Assembly: GCA_964548415.1 (NCBI GenBank)
Contig: CAZJQG010000006.1
Location: forward strand, 12,548-76,547
Length of the DNA: 64,000 nucleotides
Reading direction: 5' to 3'
From: an uncultured Dehalococcoidales bacterium
GTDB taxonomy: Bacteria; Chloroflexota; Dehalococcoidia; GIF9; UBA5629
The stretch's first letter is position 1; each line of letters opens with the position of its first letter. Below are positions 31,119-42,223 of the stretch, piece after piece. The notes below the pieces were generated by a model. It was not told the origin of the DNA. It saw only the letters and a list, made by a program, of their open reading frames with translations, and ran no database searches. The position numbers were made by a program, and so were the translations under genes.

Positions 31119-32663
31119 TTAACGAAATACCGGTGGCAGTAATTGTAAATAGTCCCTGCCGGTTATAGCACCGGCACAAATGAACGCAGAGTGGGCCGCA
31201 CCCTCTATACCCCCTTCGTTAAGCCGCTTGCCGTACGTATCGCCAGCAAAATAAAGGCCCTCTACAGTGGGGCACTTTACGTCAACCCATTCATCCTCCG
31301 GATGACGCCATAGTATGCAGGTATCTCCCACAGTAAAGAACATAAACTCCAGCGATTTTCTCCAGCCCGGAAACGCCGTATCGGCAAACTGCAACATACG
31401 GTCGATCACGATATCCACTTTCTTTTTATCATGCGCTTCTTCCGCCAGGATACTGCTGGCCATACCTGCCAGGTGCTTACCTTCGGGTGCAGTTGTCGGC
31501 GCCATGGTGGACATAGACACGACATCGAGTGGCACATTACCGCGGAATAGTCCTTCACTTTCCGGAATTAAGGCCGAGGTATGGTAAAAAGACCTGGAGT
31601 CCACTTCAAGCTCGCAGAAGTTACTCAGCGGTTGGGTCATACCGAACTGTGCCGCCACCATTGAGGTATGAATTACGTTTTTGGTTAATTTTACAAAATC
31701 CGGGGGCAGCAGGTTCTCAGGTACTATTTTGAGTAACATCTTTGGCGGGACGGCTAAGACTACTACCGGTGCTTTTATGTCAACGGTCTTACCCTCAATT
31801 TCAGCCACTACGCCGCCCGCCCTTCCGTCCTTGACCATAATCTCCTTGACCCGGGCATCCGTAAATATGTCGCCACCGACCTCTTTAACAGCAGCGGCAA
31901 ATCCCTCGGTAATAAAACGGTGCCCCGGTGCGCCGGCGAATCCCCAGGAACCGTTGGTTATATGCACGCCGGTATCTTGGACCTGCAAAAAAACTTTCAG
32001 GTTCTCACCGGCTGCATTTAGCGCCGGGTCATTGATTATCGTCTGGAAGGTCCCCATGGCATAATGGAATTCCTGCGCCAGCTCGCTTTTGGTTATACCT
32101 TCCACCCAATCTTTCAGGGTCACATGGTCAAGCTGTTCGGCTTCAGTTATGTTGTGTACCTGGAACTTATGTTTATGCACCTTGACCATTTCCGCATAAT
32201 CCTCATCGGTCATCCAGCCGTATCTCTCTTTCCTGCCCACGATATAAGGTTTCCAATCATGGTCGTACCACACGAAACCCCTGTTGGAATAAAAAATCGA
32301 CGCCTTATTAAACAGTGCCAGGGCCCGGCTGACACGGCCGCGGTTGGTATACCAGGCTCCCCTACCTCCGGCTTCAAGCACATATCCGTTTAGCATTTTC
32401 TTCTTTATCAATGTGGCCAAATCCGGCTCCGTCTTATCACTAATCCAGGAGTGAGCAGATAATGCCAGTGCCTTATTGAATTCGCTGGCGTCTCTAATGG
32501 CTTCTCCTCGGAACGACGTAGCGCGCCCACCGACCTGCGTTGAAGCTTCCAGAACAAGAACCTTTTTACGCTCCATGTTGGATAATAGAGCCCCCACCAG
32601 CGACCCGGCTATACCACAGCCAACTATTACTACGTCGTAATCACTTGAAATTTTGGCGGACAT
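31119..32663 (-). CDS. FAD-dependent oxidoreductase (phytoene-desaturase/amine-oxidase superfamily)
   Basis: Start trimmed to MSAKISSDYDVVIVGCGIAGS (GxGxxG dinucleotide fold directly after the ATG, with GGGAGA upstream). The track ORF extends to 32858 and would overlap the divergent neighbour. Confidence 0.75.
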   Translation of the reverse strand: MSAKISSDYDVVIVGCGIAGSLVGALLSNMERKKVLVLEASTQVGGRATSFRGEAIRDASEFNKALALSAHSWISDKTEPDLATLIKKKMLNGYVLEAGGRGAWYTNRGRVSRALALFNKASIFYSNRGFVWYDHDWKPYIVGRKERYGWMTDEDYAEMVKVHKHKFQVHNITEAEQLDHVTLKDWVEGITKSELAQEFHYAMGTFQTIINDPALNAAGENLKVFLQVQDTGVHITNGSWGFAGAPGHRFITEGFAAAVKEVGGDIFTDARVKEIMVKDGRAGGVVAEIEGKTVDIKAPVVVLAVPPKMLLKIVPENLLPPDFVKLTKNVIHTSMVAAQFGMTQPLSNFCELEVDSRSFYHTSALIPESEGLFRGNVPLDVVSMSTMAPTTAPEGKHLAGMASSILAEEAHDKKKVDIVIDRMLQFADTAFPGWRKSLEFMFFTVGDTCILWRHPEDEWVDVKCPTVEGLYFAGDTYGKRLNEGGIEGAAHSAFICAGAITGRDYLQLLPPVFR

Positions 32664-32823
32664 TTCGTCTCCCTGGCTAATGTATATACTTTGCGTGACT
32701 AGTGCAAATTTTACACCTACGTTTTGTTCATTAGCAATTTCTTCTAATATACCGCGTCTCTTTGCCGCTGCCAGACTCCAATGATATAATGGCTGAAAAG
32801 CAGCTAAGCATACTCTTTTTAAC

Positions 32824-33330
32824 GTGGCCAAACCAAATTTAGACAGGAAATTGACCATCGCCGTTATAGGCGGCGGGAAATGTACTGCTCAGGAAGCGGC
32901 GCTGGCAGAGACCGTAGGCAGGGAGCTGGCGAAACGGGGCGCCGTTCTGGTCTGCGGCGGTCTAAGCGGTGTTATGGAATCCGCCTGCCGCGGAGCCGCC
33001 ATAGAGTCAGGTCTAACCATCGGCATTCTTCCCTCTGAAAATCCGACAGATGCCAATCCTTACGTTCAGATACCTATTGCCACCGGCATCGGCCATGCCA
33101 GAAACCTGGCGGTGGTGAGGTCAGCCCGGGCAGTGATAGCCATCGACGGCGACTACGGTACGCTGAGTGAGATCGGTTTCGCACTAAAGGGCGGCATCCC
33201 GGTTGTTGGACTCCGTACCTGGTCCCTATATAAAAACGGCGACGAGGACAGGTCGATTATCAAAGCCGATGACGCCGTCGAGGCTGTGGAGAAGGCCATC
33301 TCACTGGCGAAAGGACGGAAACCCGACTGA
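32824..33330 (+). CDS. TIGR00725/LOG-like Rossmann-fold protein
   Basis: IAVIGGG...[16 protein letters not shown]...[11 protein letters not shown]...GDYGTLSEI pattern of the TIGR00725 family. Confidence 0.75.
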   Translation: MAKPNLDRKLTIAVIGGGKCTAQEAALAETVGRELAKRGAVLVCGGLSGVMESACRGAAIESGLTIGILPSENPTDANPYVQIPIATGIGHARNLAVVRSARAVIAIDGDYGTLSEIGFALKGGIPVVGLRTWSLYKNGDEDRSIIKADDAVEAVEKAISLAKGRKPD

Positions 33331-33331
33331 C

Positions 33332-34624
33332 ATGACTAAAACAACTAAAGCGACTATAAAGAAAATAAGAGCCCGCGAGATACTCGATTCTCGCGGCAAT
33401 CCTACCATCGAGGCCGAGGTGGTACTATCCGATGGGGCGTCCGGCATAGCCGGGGTCCCCTCGGGCGCCAGCACCGGCAAGCACGAAGCCGTTGAGCTCC
33501 GGGACGGTGATAAGTGCCGCTACGGCGGGCTCGGTGTGCTCAAGGCCGTCACCAACGTCAATAACAAAATTGCCCCGGCACTGGTGGGCATGGTTGCCAC
33601 ATCACAAGAGGACATAGACGAACAAATGCTCCGGCTCGACGGCACAACCGACAAGGCCAACCTGGGGGCCAACGCCATATTATCGGTATCTCTGGCAACA
33701 GCCAGGGCGGCGGCGGCTTCAGCGGGTTTACCTCTATACCGCTACCTTGGAGGCGAGAATGCCAGCCTTTTGCCGCTTCCGCTGCTCAATATTCTAAACG
33801 GGGGCAAGCACGCCGAAAACTCCACTGACCTGCAGGAGTTTATGGTAGTGCCGGCAGGAGCGGGGAGTTTTAATCAGGCACTCCAGATGGCCACCGAAAT
33901 TTATCATTCGCTTAAGAAAGTGATTAAGGTAAAGGGATTAAATACCAACGTCGGCGACGAGGGCGGTTTCGCTCCATCCCTGGAATCTAATAAACAGGCG
34001 GTCGAGCTTATCATGGCGGCAATCGACCTGGCAGGCTACAAGGCCGGGAAGGACTGCTTCATTGCTTTGGATCCGGCGTCCAGCAGCTTTTTCATTGACG
34101 GAAAATACGTCCTGGCCAGGGAAGGACTGAAGCTCACCAGCGAGGAAATGATCGCCTATTACGCCGACTGGGTATCGAACTATCCCATAGTCATTATTGA
34201 GGACGGACTCGACGAGGACGACTGGTCAGGGTGGGTGTCGATGAACTCGCGGTTGGGTAAAAAGGTTATGCTGGTTGGAGACGATATATACACCACCAAT
34301 ATATATCTTTTAAACAAGGGTATAAAAGAGAAGGCATCCAACGCCATTCTGATTAAACCCAACCAGATCGGTACGTTGAGCGAAACTCTGGCCGTGGTAA
34401 AGAGGGCCCACGAGGTAGGCTGGTCTACCGTCATCAGCCACCGCTCGGGTGAGACCGAGGATACCACCATCGCCGACCTGGCTGTAGCCATGAGCACTGG
34501 TCTGATAAAGACCGGCGCACCCTGCCGCAGTGAGCGGGTGGCCAAGTATAATCGGCTGCTAAAAATAGAAGAGGAACTGGGAACATCCGCCCGGTTCCCC
34601 GGTAAGGAATCGCTCTCAATATAG
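33332..34624 (+). CDS. eno: Enolase
   Basis: [20 protein letters not shown]-terminus and the SHRSGETED motif. Start trimmed from track ORF 33203. Confidence 0.97.
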   Translation: MTKTTKATIKKIRAREILDSRGNPTIEAEVVLSDGASGIAGVPSGASTGKHEAVELRDGDKCRYGGLGVLKAVTNVNNKIAPALVGMVATSQEDIDEQMLRLDGTTDKANLGANAILSVSLATARAAAASAGLPLYRYLGGENASLLPLPLLNILNGGKHAENSTDLQEFMVVPAGAGSFNQALQMATEIYHSLKKVIKVKGLNTNVGDEGGFAPSLESNKQAVELIMAAIDLAGYKAGKDCFIALDPASSSFFIDGKYVLAREGLKLTSEEMIAYYADWVSNYPIVIIEDGLDEDDWSGWVSMNSRLGKKVMLVGDDIYTTNIYLLNKGIKEKASNAILIKPNQIGTLSETLAVVKRAHEVGWSTVISHRSGETEDTTIADLAVAMSTGLIKTGAPCRSERVAKYNRLLKIEEELGTSARFPGKESLSI

Positions 34625-34634
34625 GAGGCCGGAA

Positions 34635-35627
34635 ATGGAAATAATCCAGGGCGTTCATCAAATAAAGGTGCCGGTGCCCGGAGCGGTCGACAGCATGAAC
34701 ATCTACCTTGTAGAAGGCACCCAGGGCAACCTGCTCATCGATACCGGCTTAGATACCCCTGACGCTTTCGGCGCGCTGCGCGATGCTCTTAAGTTCAGCG
34801 GCTTCGGATTCAAAGACATTACCGTGATTGCAGCCACTCATGTGCACCCCCATCATTTCGGGCTGGCGAACAAACTCAAACAACTGTCCGGCGCTAAAGT
34901 AGCTCTTGGCGAAATAGAGTCCAAATTTATCGATACCCGTTACGGCAGAACCGAAGCATTATTGAAGCAGGTCAAACAGCTGCTAACATCTAACGGCGTC
35001 CCGGAAAGCGATTCGACCACCCTGGCCGAATCGTCTCTGGAGGTAAAAGAATTTGTAGGAGTGGCTAAACCGGATATCATTTTGAAGGACGGCGACAAAA
35101 TAACGGTGGCCTCGCAGGAGTTCAAGGTTATACTAACGCCGGGACATTCCACGGGACATATCTGTTTCTACGAGCCCAAGCGGAAGATGTTCTTTTCCGG
35201 CGACCACCTGCTGCCCGATATATTTCCGCATATAGGTTATCATCCGCAGTCAGGAGAAAATCCGCTGGCCGACTTCTTTAAATCCATAGAAGCGCTGGCC
35301 AGCCTGGACATTAATTTTATCTTCCCCGGCCACGGTTCGGTTTTCAGCGGCTTCAAGCTCAGGCTGGGAGAACTACATTATTATCACGACCAGCGACAGC
35401 GGGAAGTAAGCAGGATAATTGAGTCCGATACCAAGAGCGCTTACCAGATAGCCGGCGAGCTACCGTGGAATCCGGCCGGTGACTCCATCCAGTTCAATAA
35501 GCTATCGGCCTTCGATAAGAGGCTGGCGGTAATGGAAACGCTGGCCGAGCTTAAACTGATGCTCGGCCAGGGCAAGGCACAAAAAGTAGTTAAAGAGAAC
35601 GTCGACCTCTACTTTGCAGGAGGCTAG
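34635..35627 (+). CDS. MBL-fold metallo-hydrolase
   Basis: THVHPHHFG (HxHxDH-type) motif and a downstream TPGHSTGH. Confidence 0.85.
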   Translation: MEIIQGVHQIKVPVPGAVDSMNIYLVEGTQGNLLIDTGLDTPDAFGALRDALKFSGFGFKDITVIAATHVHPHHFGLANKLKQLSGAKVALGEIESKFIDTRYGRTEALLKQVKQLLTSNGVPESDSTTLAESSLEVKEFVGVAKPDIILKDGDKITVASQEFKVILTPGHSTGHICFYEPKRKMFFSGDHLLPDIFPHIGYHPQSGENPLADFFKSIEALASLDINFIFPGHGSVFSGFKLRLGELHYYHDQRQREVSRIIESDTKSAYQIAGELPWNPAGDSIQFNKLSAFDKRLAVMETLAELKLMLGQGKAQKVVKENVDLYFAGG

Positions 35628-35637
35628 CTAACGAAAA

Positions 35638-35665
35638 AACTCTAAACACTAATATCTAAATCCTA
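35638..35665. repeat. Left heptad array (AAnnCTA x4) flanking the four-helix-bundle gene
   Basis: The sequence aactcta aacacta atatcta aatccta has 7-nt periodicity. It is the reverse complement of the TAGnnTT units on the right flank. Confidence 0.6.
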
Positions 35666-35676
35666 AATAAATTCAA

Positions 35677-36039
35677 ATGACCCAAAATAAAAAATCCAAC
35701 AAATATGACTTGGAAGAACGGACCCTAGGATTTGCAAAAAACGTCATAGAATTCACAAAGATACTTCCACAGACTATTTGCAAAATAGAGTTGATAAAGC
35801 AGCTTGTCAGGGCTTCCGGTTCCGTAGGTGCCAACTGCATAGAAGCCAATGAATCATTAAGCAGAAAAGACTTCGCGGTAAGAGTTAAAATTTGTCGAAA
35901 AGAATGTAAAGAAAGCAGGCACTGGCTTAACCTTATTGAAACGAGCGGTGAAAGCTACACAGAAAAGAAGCAAATGTTAATCAACGAAGCCACAGAACTC
36001 ATGAAAATCTTTGGTTCCATAGTTGAAAAAACAAAATAG
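35677..36039 (+). CDS. Four-helix-bundle protein (23S rRNA intervening-sequence protein / Avd family)
   Basis: 120 aa. FAKNVIEFTKILP...QLVRASGSVGANCIEANESLSRKDF...CRKECKESRHWL is the typical sequence of this family. Confidence 0.85.
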   Translation: MTQNKKSNKYDLEERTLGFAKNVIEFTKILPQTICKIELIKQLVRASGSVGANCIEANESLSRKDFAVRVKICRKECKESRHWLNLIETSGESYTEKKQMLINEATELMKIFGSIVEKTK

Positions 36040-36046
36040 TTCTTGA

Positions 36047-36095
36047 TATTAGTATTTTGATATTGTTTAGTATTTAGAGTTTAGGTTTTAGGATT
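36047..36095. repeat. Right heptad array (..., TAGnnTT x4)
   Basis: The sequence tattagt attttga tattgtt tagtatt tagagtt taggttt taggatt fills the whole gap to the queF ATG. Confidence 0.6.
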
Positions 36096-36102
36096 TAACC
36101 GG

Positions 36103-36513
36103 ATGGATTCAGAAATAAAAAGGAAGGTTCAATCGCTGAAGCTGAAATACAAAAATGTTCCCCAGCCGGAGCTTCTCATCACCTTGCCCAACCCCAATCC
36201 AGATACGGAATATGAAGAAGAAATCGTCACTTCAGAGTTTACAACCCTGTGTCCACTCAATCCGGGCCAGCCCGACTATGCCCGGCTGACCATAAAATTT
36301 GTTCCGGATAAAAAAATAATCGAGTTGAAATCACTCAAGTTCTACCTGACAAGTTACAGGATGGTAGAGACATTTTTTGAGGAGGCGACTAACCGGATAC
36401 TTGACGACCTGGTTGCTGCCGTTAAGCCGAAAAGAATGAACATCGTAGCCGAGTGGAACGTCAGGGGAGGTATACTAACCAGAGTAACTGTTAATTACAG
36501 CCGGAAACGTTGA
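36103..36513 (+). CDS. queF: NADPH-dependent 7-cyano-7-deazaguanine reductase
   Basis: EFTTLCPLNPGQPDYARLTIKFVPD...ELKSLKFYL contains the QueF catalytic Cys and the QueF motif. Confidence 0.9.
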   Translation: MDSEIKRKVQSLKLKYKNVPQPELLITLPNPNPDTEYEEEIVTSEFTTLCPLNPGQPDYARLTIKFVPDKKIIELKSLKFYLTSYRMVETFFEEATNRILDDLVAAVKPKRMNIVAEWNVRGGILTRVTVNYSRKR

Positions 36514-36564
36514 AGACCGTAAGATCGATTGCCGATCACGATGACTAATGATAGGAGGTTCACC

Positions 36565-36681
36565 ATGCCACTTGTTGATAGAAAGAGACTAAACAATGCC
36601 ATCGCCATTTGCGTCGGTGCCACCATCTACTGGTTTGTCATTATTTGCCGGCTGCTTTACTATTTCATGAAGGGCAGCTAA
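36565..36681 (+). CDS. Possible 38-aa single-TM peptide
   Basis: Not in ORF track. AGGAGG 7 nt upstream. Reads MPLVDRKRLNNAIAICVGATIYWFVIICRLLYYFMKGS. Confidence 0.3.
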   Translation: MPLVDRKRLNNAIAICVGATIYWFVIICRLLYYFMKGS

Positions 36682-36809
36682 ACAGACAAATCCTGCACGG
36701 CCCGTCTAGGGCATTGGCAGCGCACGCAGTCCAAGTTATAATAAAAGGGTAGGCGGTTCGGTTGAGGACGGCGCGGAAATCCCGCGGTTCTTTCCATAGA
36801 TTATGATAG

Positions 36810-37835
<1,026 letters not shown>

Positions 37836-37838
37836 TGC

Positions 37839-38591
37839 CTAACTATATATGCCGCTAAGCAATGGAGTGGGATCAAGCCAGGGACCTACAGAGTTCACCG
37901 GGTATTTGAAGCCTATCTTGGCCAGTTCCTTTAGTCCCGTTGTCGTTCTCTCCAACTCGCCGACCGGCAAGGCTATGGTGATCTCATCATCGGAAACCCC
38001 GCCCATAGACCTCTCTCCATAACAGGGTATGCTAACCGATGGCTTACCGGTGATATAGCACTGCGCCAGCGAATCGGTGCAGGCCCCTTCACCGATAAAG
38101 GAGAACGAGAAGCGCTCGTACTTTACTTTCTGAAGGCCGCAAAGCACCATCATTATCTGGGCCGGGTTTCCGTACATAAGAACAACCTCCGGCTCAAATT
38201 TCTGCTTCGTCAGGGGAGCCAGCACGATGGCGCCACCCATGGGAATCCGGTAATAATCGTTCTGCTGCTGCAGGGCGTCTTCAGGCGACCGGAACCAGGT
38301 CTTGGACAGCATAGCCGCTTCGGCGTTCATGCTTTTTTCGCTGGCCTGCTTGAGACCGAACAGCCTGGAGCAGCGGTCCTGTATCTTATCCTCGCGTGTG
38401 ATGCCTACTGTGATGCCGTTAACGCGCACCATAAAAGGCACCTGGCAGAAGGTGAAGAAGCGCTCGAGCCTGACCACATTCTTAACGTTATGCAGGGCCT
38501 CGGCCTTCTCCAGCCTGCGGTAGGCTATTATCTTGGTTCTAAGCCTTAAAGAGTTCTCGAGCTCGGTACCCAGTTCAAGCCAGTTTAGCAT
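37839..38591 (-). CDS. DUF169-like protein
   Basis: Start trimmed to MLNWLELG (the track ORF extends to 38660 into the upstream gene). Overall pattern, including the C-terminal CYGERSMGGVSDDEITIALP, resembles DUF169/COG2043 proteins. Confidence 0.55.
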   Translation of the reverse strand: MLNWLELGTELENSLRLRTKIIAYRRLEKAEALHNVKNVVRLERFFTFCQVPFMVRVNGITVGITREDKIQDRCSRLFGLKQASEKSMNAEAAMLSKTWFRSPEDALQQQNDYYRIPMGGAIVLAPLTKQKFEPEVVLMYGNPAQIMMVLCGLQKVKYERFSFSFIGEGACTDSLAQCYITGKPSVSIPCYGERSMGGVSDDEITIALPVGELERTTTGLKELAKIGFKYPVNSVGPWLDPTPLLSGIYS

Positions 38592-38631
38592 TGCTTTATC
38601 TCCTTTAATAACAAAATATCTAAATGAAAGG

Positions 38632-39819
38632 CTAATGCCTTCGCGTCGGCAGAGATTCAAGCACGATCTGTGAGATATCCTTTACCGTCAGCTTGTCCTC
38701 AAGGCCTTCACTCTTTACAGCATCGGTGAACATGGCCAGGCAGCTGGGACAGGCAACCGCCAAAGTGTCAGCACCAGTGGCATAGGCATCCCTGATCCTG
38801 ATACGCGCCGGGCTGTCCTGCCCCCCTGCCAGCAAGTCCATAATGAAGTTGCCGCTGCCGCCACCGCAGCAGAAGGCATCGGCTCTATTCTTTTCCATTT
38901 CCATCAGCTCAAGGCCGGGTATGCTGCACAATATCTTCCTCGGCTCCTCATAAATTTGGTTATACCGACCCAGAAAACACGGGTCCTGATAGGTGACCTT
39001 TGCCTTATTTGGAGAAAGCTTTACCTTATTTTCTTTGATTAAATCAGCGAGAAGTTGGCTATAGTGATACACCTCGAAGCTGGCACCCAGTGAAGGGTAG
39101 CGGTTTTTCATAACGTTGTAAGCGTGTGGAGACAGTGTTACTATCTTCTTTACACCGTGCTCTTTAAATTTCTGGTTATTTTTTTCAACCAGAGTTTGAA
39201 ACAGCCCCATTTCACCCATCATGTAGACCTCGTTGCCGCAGCACTCCTCATCGTTACCCAGTATACCGAAGGAAACCCCAGCTGCGTTAAGTACATCAGC
39301 CAGGCTTCTGGCCATTCTCTGCCCGTTCTCGTCGTAAGAGCCCAGGCAGCCCACATATAAAAGATATTCGTCGCCCGGAGCATATATCTTCGTGCCGTTG
39401 GCCCAGGCAGCTCTATCATCTCTGAGCAGTTTGTAAGGATTACCGTATCCGTAAACGGCCTCGAAGAAGCGGGCCACCCTGGGCGGTATCTTACCTTTTT
39501 CTACCATGTCGCTCCTGGCTCCCACTATCCAATCGACGATATCGGGAGCGAACTTCATTGGGCACTGTTCGGTGCAGTTCTTACAGGTGGTACACGTGTA
39601 CAGGATTTCCGCGAGGCGTTCCGACCATTCAACGTCACCCTTCAACCAGCCGTATATGAGCCACAGCCTGCCACCGGTAGAATAAGTATCAAATCTAAAT
39701 CTTCTGTAGGCCGGGCAATTCAAAGAAGAATAGTCAGTAGGGAACTTGCAGTAACCGCATCTAAAACATCTATGGATTTGGCTGGCATAGTCCTGTTGCT
39801 GCATTATCTCGCCTCCCAA
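38632..39819 (-). CDS. (Fe-S)-binding protein with CCG domains (HdrD/GlcF-like)
   Basis: Two ferredoxin-type clusters (CFRCGYCKF...CP; CTTCKNCTEQCP) and two cysteine-rich CCG motifs (ECCGNE, FCCGGGSG). Confidence 0.8.
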   Translation of the reverse strand: MGGEIMQQQDYASQIHRCFRCGYCKFPTDYSSLNCPAYRRFRFDTYSTGGRLWLIYGWLKGDVEWSERLAEILYTCTTCKNCTEQCPMKFAPDIVDWIVGARSDMVEKGKIPPRVARFFEAVYGYGNPYKLLRDDRAAWANGTKIYAPGDEYLLYVGCLGSYDENGQRMARSLADVLNAAGVSFGILGNDEECCGNEVYMMGEMGLFQTLVEKNNQKFKEHGVKKIVTLSPHAYNVMKNRYPSLGASFEVYHYSQLLADLIKENKVKLSPNKAKVTYQDPCFLGRYNQIYEEPRKILCSIPGLELMEMEKNRADAFCCGGGSGNFIMDLLAGGQDSPARIRIRDAYATGADTLAVACPSCLAMFTDAVKSEGLEDKLTVKDISQIVLESLPTRRH

Positions 39820-41186
39820 TTTCCCGGATTCATAATTCCGTTAGGGTCCAGGAGTTTTTTTATACTCATCATGAGCTCCAGCGTGTTCGGGTCCATCCTC
39901 TCCATCATTATCTTCTGCTCATCTATGTTTGGTTTCCACAGGAGCCCACCCTTGTCCGCTACAAACTCGGCCGCTTCATGTAAAGCTTTTCGAGCTCTGC
40001 CCATCTCGTCCTGGTTCGCCCGATTGAACGTGTAAGCAAACGAGAACATCATACAGTGGCCGCCGTGAATAACCCGGCCTGAGCCACCGTACACGACTTT
40101 ATATTTTACGGCCAGTTCTGCCACTTTTCTGGCGCATTCCGGATACAGCTCCATGGGAATAATCGGCCCGGCGTATTCGAAACCGCCTCCCTTTCTGACA
40201 TCGGCAAAAGCAGTCATGCTTTTCTGTGGGTTGTCCATGAAGTCATGTCTCATATCGAGATTGATGGTCATAAACCCTGCATCCCTGCTATCAACATACG
40301 CTTGAACCGAATCATATACCATCTTCCTCTTCATCTCGAGCTCGTCTTCGGAGTCTGCGGTCAAGAAGATGTTGATGTGATAGTTCCCTCTGAACATTAG
40401 CGGCCGCTCCTGGGCCCAGATAGCCAGGTCTTCTACCATCTCCGTATGGGTTATCTTGTATATGATGTATGGTATTAGGTCTTCCTTGTCTGTTACCAGT
40501 ATTTCCAGGTCCTTCATTTTCTTTTTCGGATAAAGTTTTAAACCAACCTTTGTCAGGATACCCGTGGTACCGAGCCAGCCCAAAAACAGTCCTGATAAAT
40601 CGGGCAGCGGAGGCCCTTTAGAAAACCAGAACGGCCCCACCGAACAAGAACCGATTTTGCAGACGTCTCCTGTAGGCAAAACCACCTCCAGACCGTTAAC
40701 CATATCTGAGTTAAAACCGTATTGATTTGTCAGCCGCCCCTGCCCATGTATCACAACATTCGCGGCTATGGTGGTTATCGGAGGAGCTTCGGGAACGCTG
40801 TGTCTCAAATCAGGATAGTGCTTATTTAAATGGTCTCTCAACGCCCCATTGGAAACGCCGCCCTCGACGACAACATATCTGGCACCCTCGTTTACTTCAA
40901 TAATTTTGTCCATCCTCTTCATATCCATCACTATCCCGCCCCTAAGTGGAATAACAAGGCCGGTCAACGCCAGTCCCGCTCCCTTGGGAACTATCGACAC
41001 CTTCTCCTTGTTTGCCAGCTTCACTATCTGCTGCACTTCCTCGGTCGTCTTAGGCATTACCACGTAATCAGCTTCATGAGGCGTCATTAAACCGGGGTCG
41101 CGCCCATAGAAATAACGCTCTTCGTGGTGGTTCGAAGCGAAATCTTTGCCTACTATCTTAACGAGGGCTTCCAATACATCGTTCAT
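39804..41186 (-). CDS. FAD-linked oxidase (GlcD/D-lactate dehydrogenase-like)
   Basis: 460 aa. FAD_binding_4-type N-terminal domain (VVMPKTTEEVQQIVKLANKEKVSIVPKGAGLALTG). Overlaps both neighbours (4 nt and 16 nt). Confidence 0.85.
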   Translation of the reverse strand: MNDVLEALVKIVGKDFASNHHEERYFYGRDPGLMTPHEADYVVMPKTTEEVQQIVKLANKEKVSIVPKGAGLALTGLVIPLRGGIVMDMKRMDKIIEVNEGARYVVVEGGVSNGALRDHLNKHYPDLRHSVPEAPPITTIAANVVIHGQGRLTNQYGFNSDMVNGLEVVLPTGDVCKIGSCSVGPFWFSKGPPLPDLSGLFLGWLGTTGILTKVGLKLYPKKKMKDLEILVTDKEDLIPYIIYKITHTEMVEDLAIWAQERPLMFRGNYHINIFLTADSEDELEMKRKMVYDSVQAYVDSRDAGFMTINLDMRHDFMDNPQKSMTAFADVRKGGGFEYAGPIIPMELYPECARKVAELAVKYKVVYGGSGRVIHGGHCMMFSFAYTFNRANQDEMGRARKALHEAAEFVADKGGLLWKPNIDEQKIMMERMDPNTLELMMSIKKLLDPNGIMNPGNWEAR

Positions 41187-42223
41187 ACTGTCACCTCCAC
41201 TACCTGTTTTTCACCGATCGCCAGTTTGCACAGGTCGATTATATGTATCGGTTTCATCCCCCGCCTGGCAACTTTCTCAGCTAGAGGGTCCCAGCAGGCG
41301 GGGCAGTTGAACACGCAGTATTCAGCTCCGTGTTTGACCATATCGTCAATGTTCCTCTTTTGTACATCATGTCCGGCATCGTAACCCTTTGAAGTCATTA
41401 AAAGCCCCCCACAACACAGCGCATTTTCATGGTCATATTCCCGTTTAACTCTCTCAACCCCAATGAGCTCGAATATATCGTCAACGAAGTGGTCTGTTTC
41501 CGGCGACAATCGGGCGGAGCAGTTCCGATGATACGCAGCTTTGATATTGAGCGGCTTTATGTCACTCCGGAGCTCTGTTAGCCTGTTATACATATACTCA
41601 AAGTAGTGAATCGATTTAAACGGGACCTCAATGCCATAAGCCGGGGCCAGCTTGGTAAAGGTACCGTAACATTCGTCATGTAAAAATATGACTTCTTTGA
41701 TCCCCTGATTCCAGATATTGTCTATTACCTTGGGAAGGTTTTCCTTTATCACTGACATCCTGGCAAAATGCAAGAACATGGCCTGACAGAAAAACTCAGT
41801 ACCCAAGATCCACGAGGGGAGAATATCTTCAAATAGCTTTCCGCTGGCTAAGGTATACAATCTGGGTATAGCGCAGAAAGATAACGCTGTTTGACCGGGT
41901 TTTCCCACTAGAAATTTGCCCTGTGCGGTGGTCATATTGATTGCCTGCTTGGTGATGGGCCTGGATTGAGGTAGTATCCCCATCTCTTCCTGACGCTCGA
42001 CAATTAAATATAGAGGGTGATTGCCAAATGGACAATATTCCTCACACGCATAGCAGGTAACGCAGGCCTTCAATATTGGAGAATCTTCGCCGGCGATTAC
42101 CTTCCGCCATTCTTTTCTAGCCGACTCTTTATCGTAATCCATATACTGGCATTTGACCAGACAGCTCATGGCTTTACAGCTAGCGCATTGGGTTTTGTCA
42201 AACTTAAGATGAGGCATTCTCAA
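41183..42223 (-). CDS. (Fe-S)-binding protein with CCG domain (second HdrD-like subunit)
   Basis: CASCKAMSCLVKCQ and CVTCYACEEYCP clusters, plus ALCCGG and FNCPACW motifs. Confidence 0.8.
   Translation of the reverse strand: MRMPHLKFDKTQCASCKAMSCLVKCQYMDYDKESARKEWRKVIAGEDSPILKACVTCYACEEYCPFGNHPLYLIVERQEEMGILPQSRPITKQAINMTTAQGKFLVGKPGQTALSFCAIPRLYTLASGKLFEDILPSWILGTEFFCQAMFLHFARMSVIKENLPKVIDNIWNQGIKEVIFLHDECYGTFTKLAPAYGIEVPFKSIHYFEYMYNRLTELRSDIKPLNIKAAYHRNCSARLSPETDHFVDDIFELIGVERVKREYDHENALCCGGLLMTSKGYDAGHDVQKRNIDDMVKHGAEYCVFNCPACWDPLAEKVARRGMKPIHIIDLCKLAIGEKQVVEVTV

Noticed and set aside
32664-32858. N-terminal extensions offered by the track: FAD oxidoreductase to 32858, enolase from 33203, DUF169 to 38660, DUF4349 from 58047, ligA from 27331.
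   Set aside because: The extensions overlap neighbouring genes or lack family-typical sequence. Internal starts with SD sequences restore canonical N-termini (GxGxxG fold, enolase [17 protein letters not shown], lipoprotein signal peptides).
36040-36102. preQ1 riboswitch upstream of queF.
   Set aside because: The spacer consists entirely of heptad repeats. I could not find the conserved preQ1-I or preQ1-II core sequence or pseudoknot pattern.
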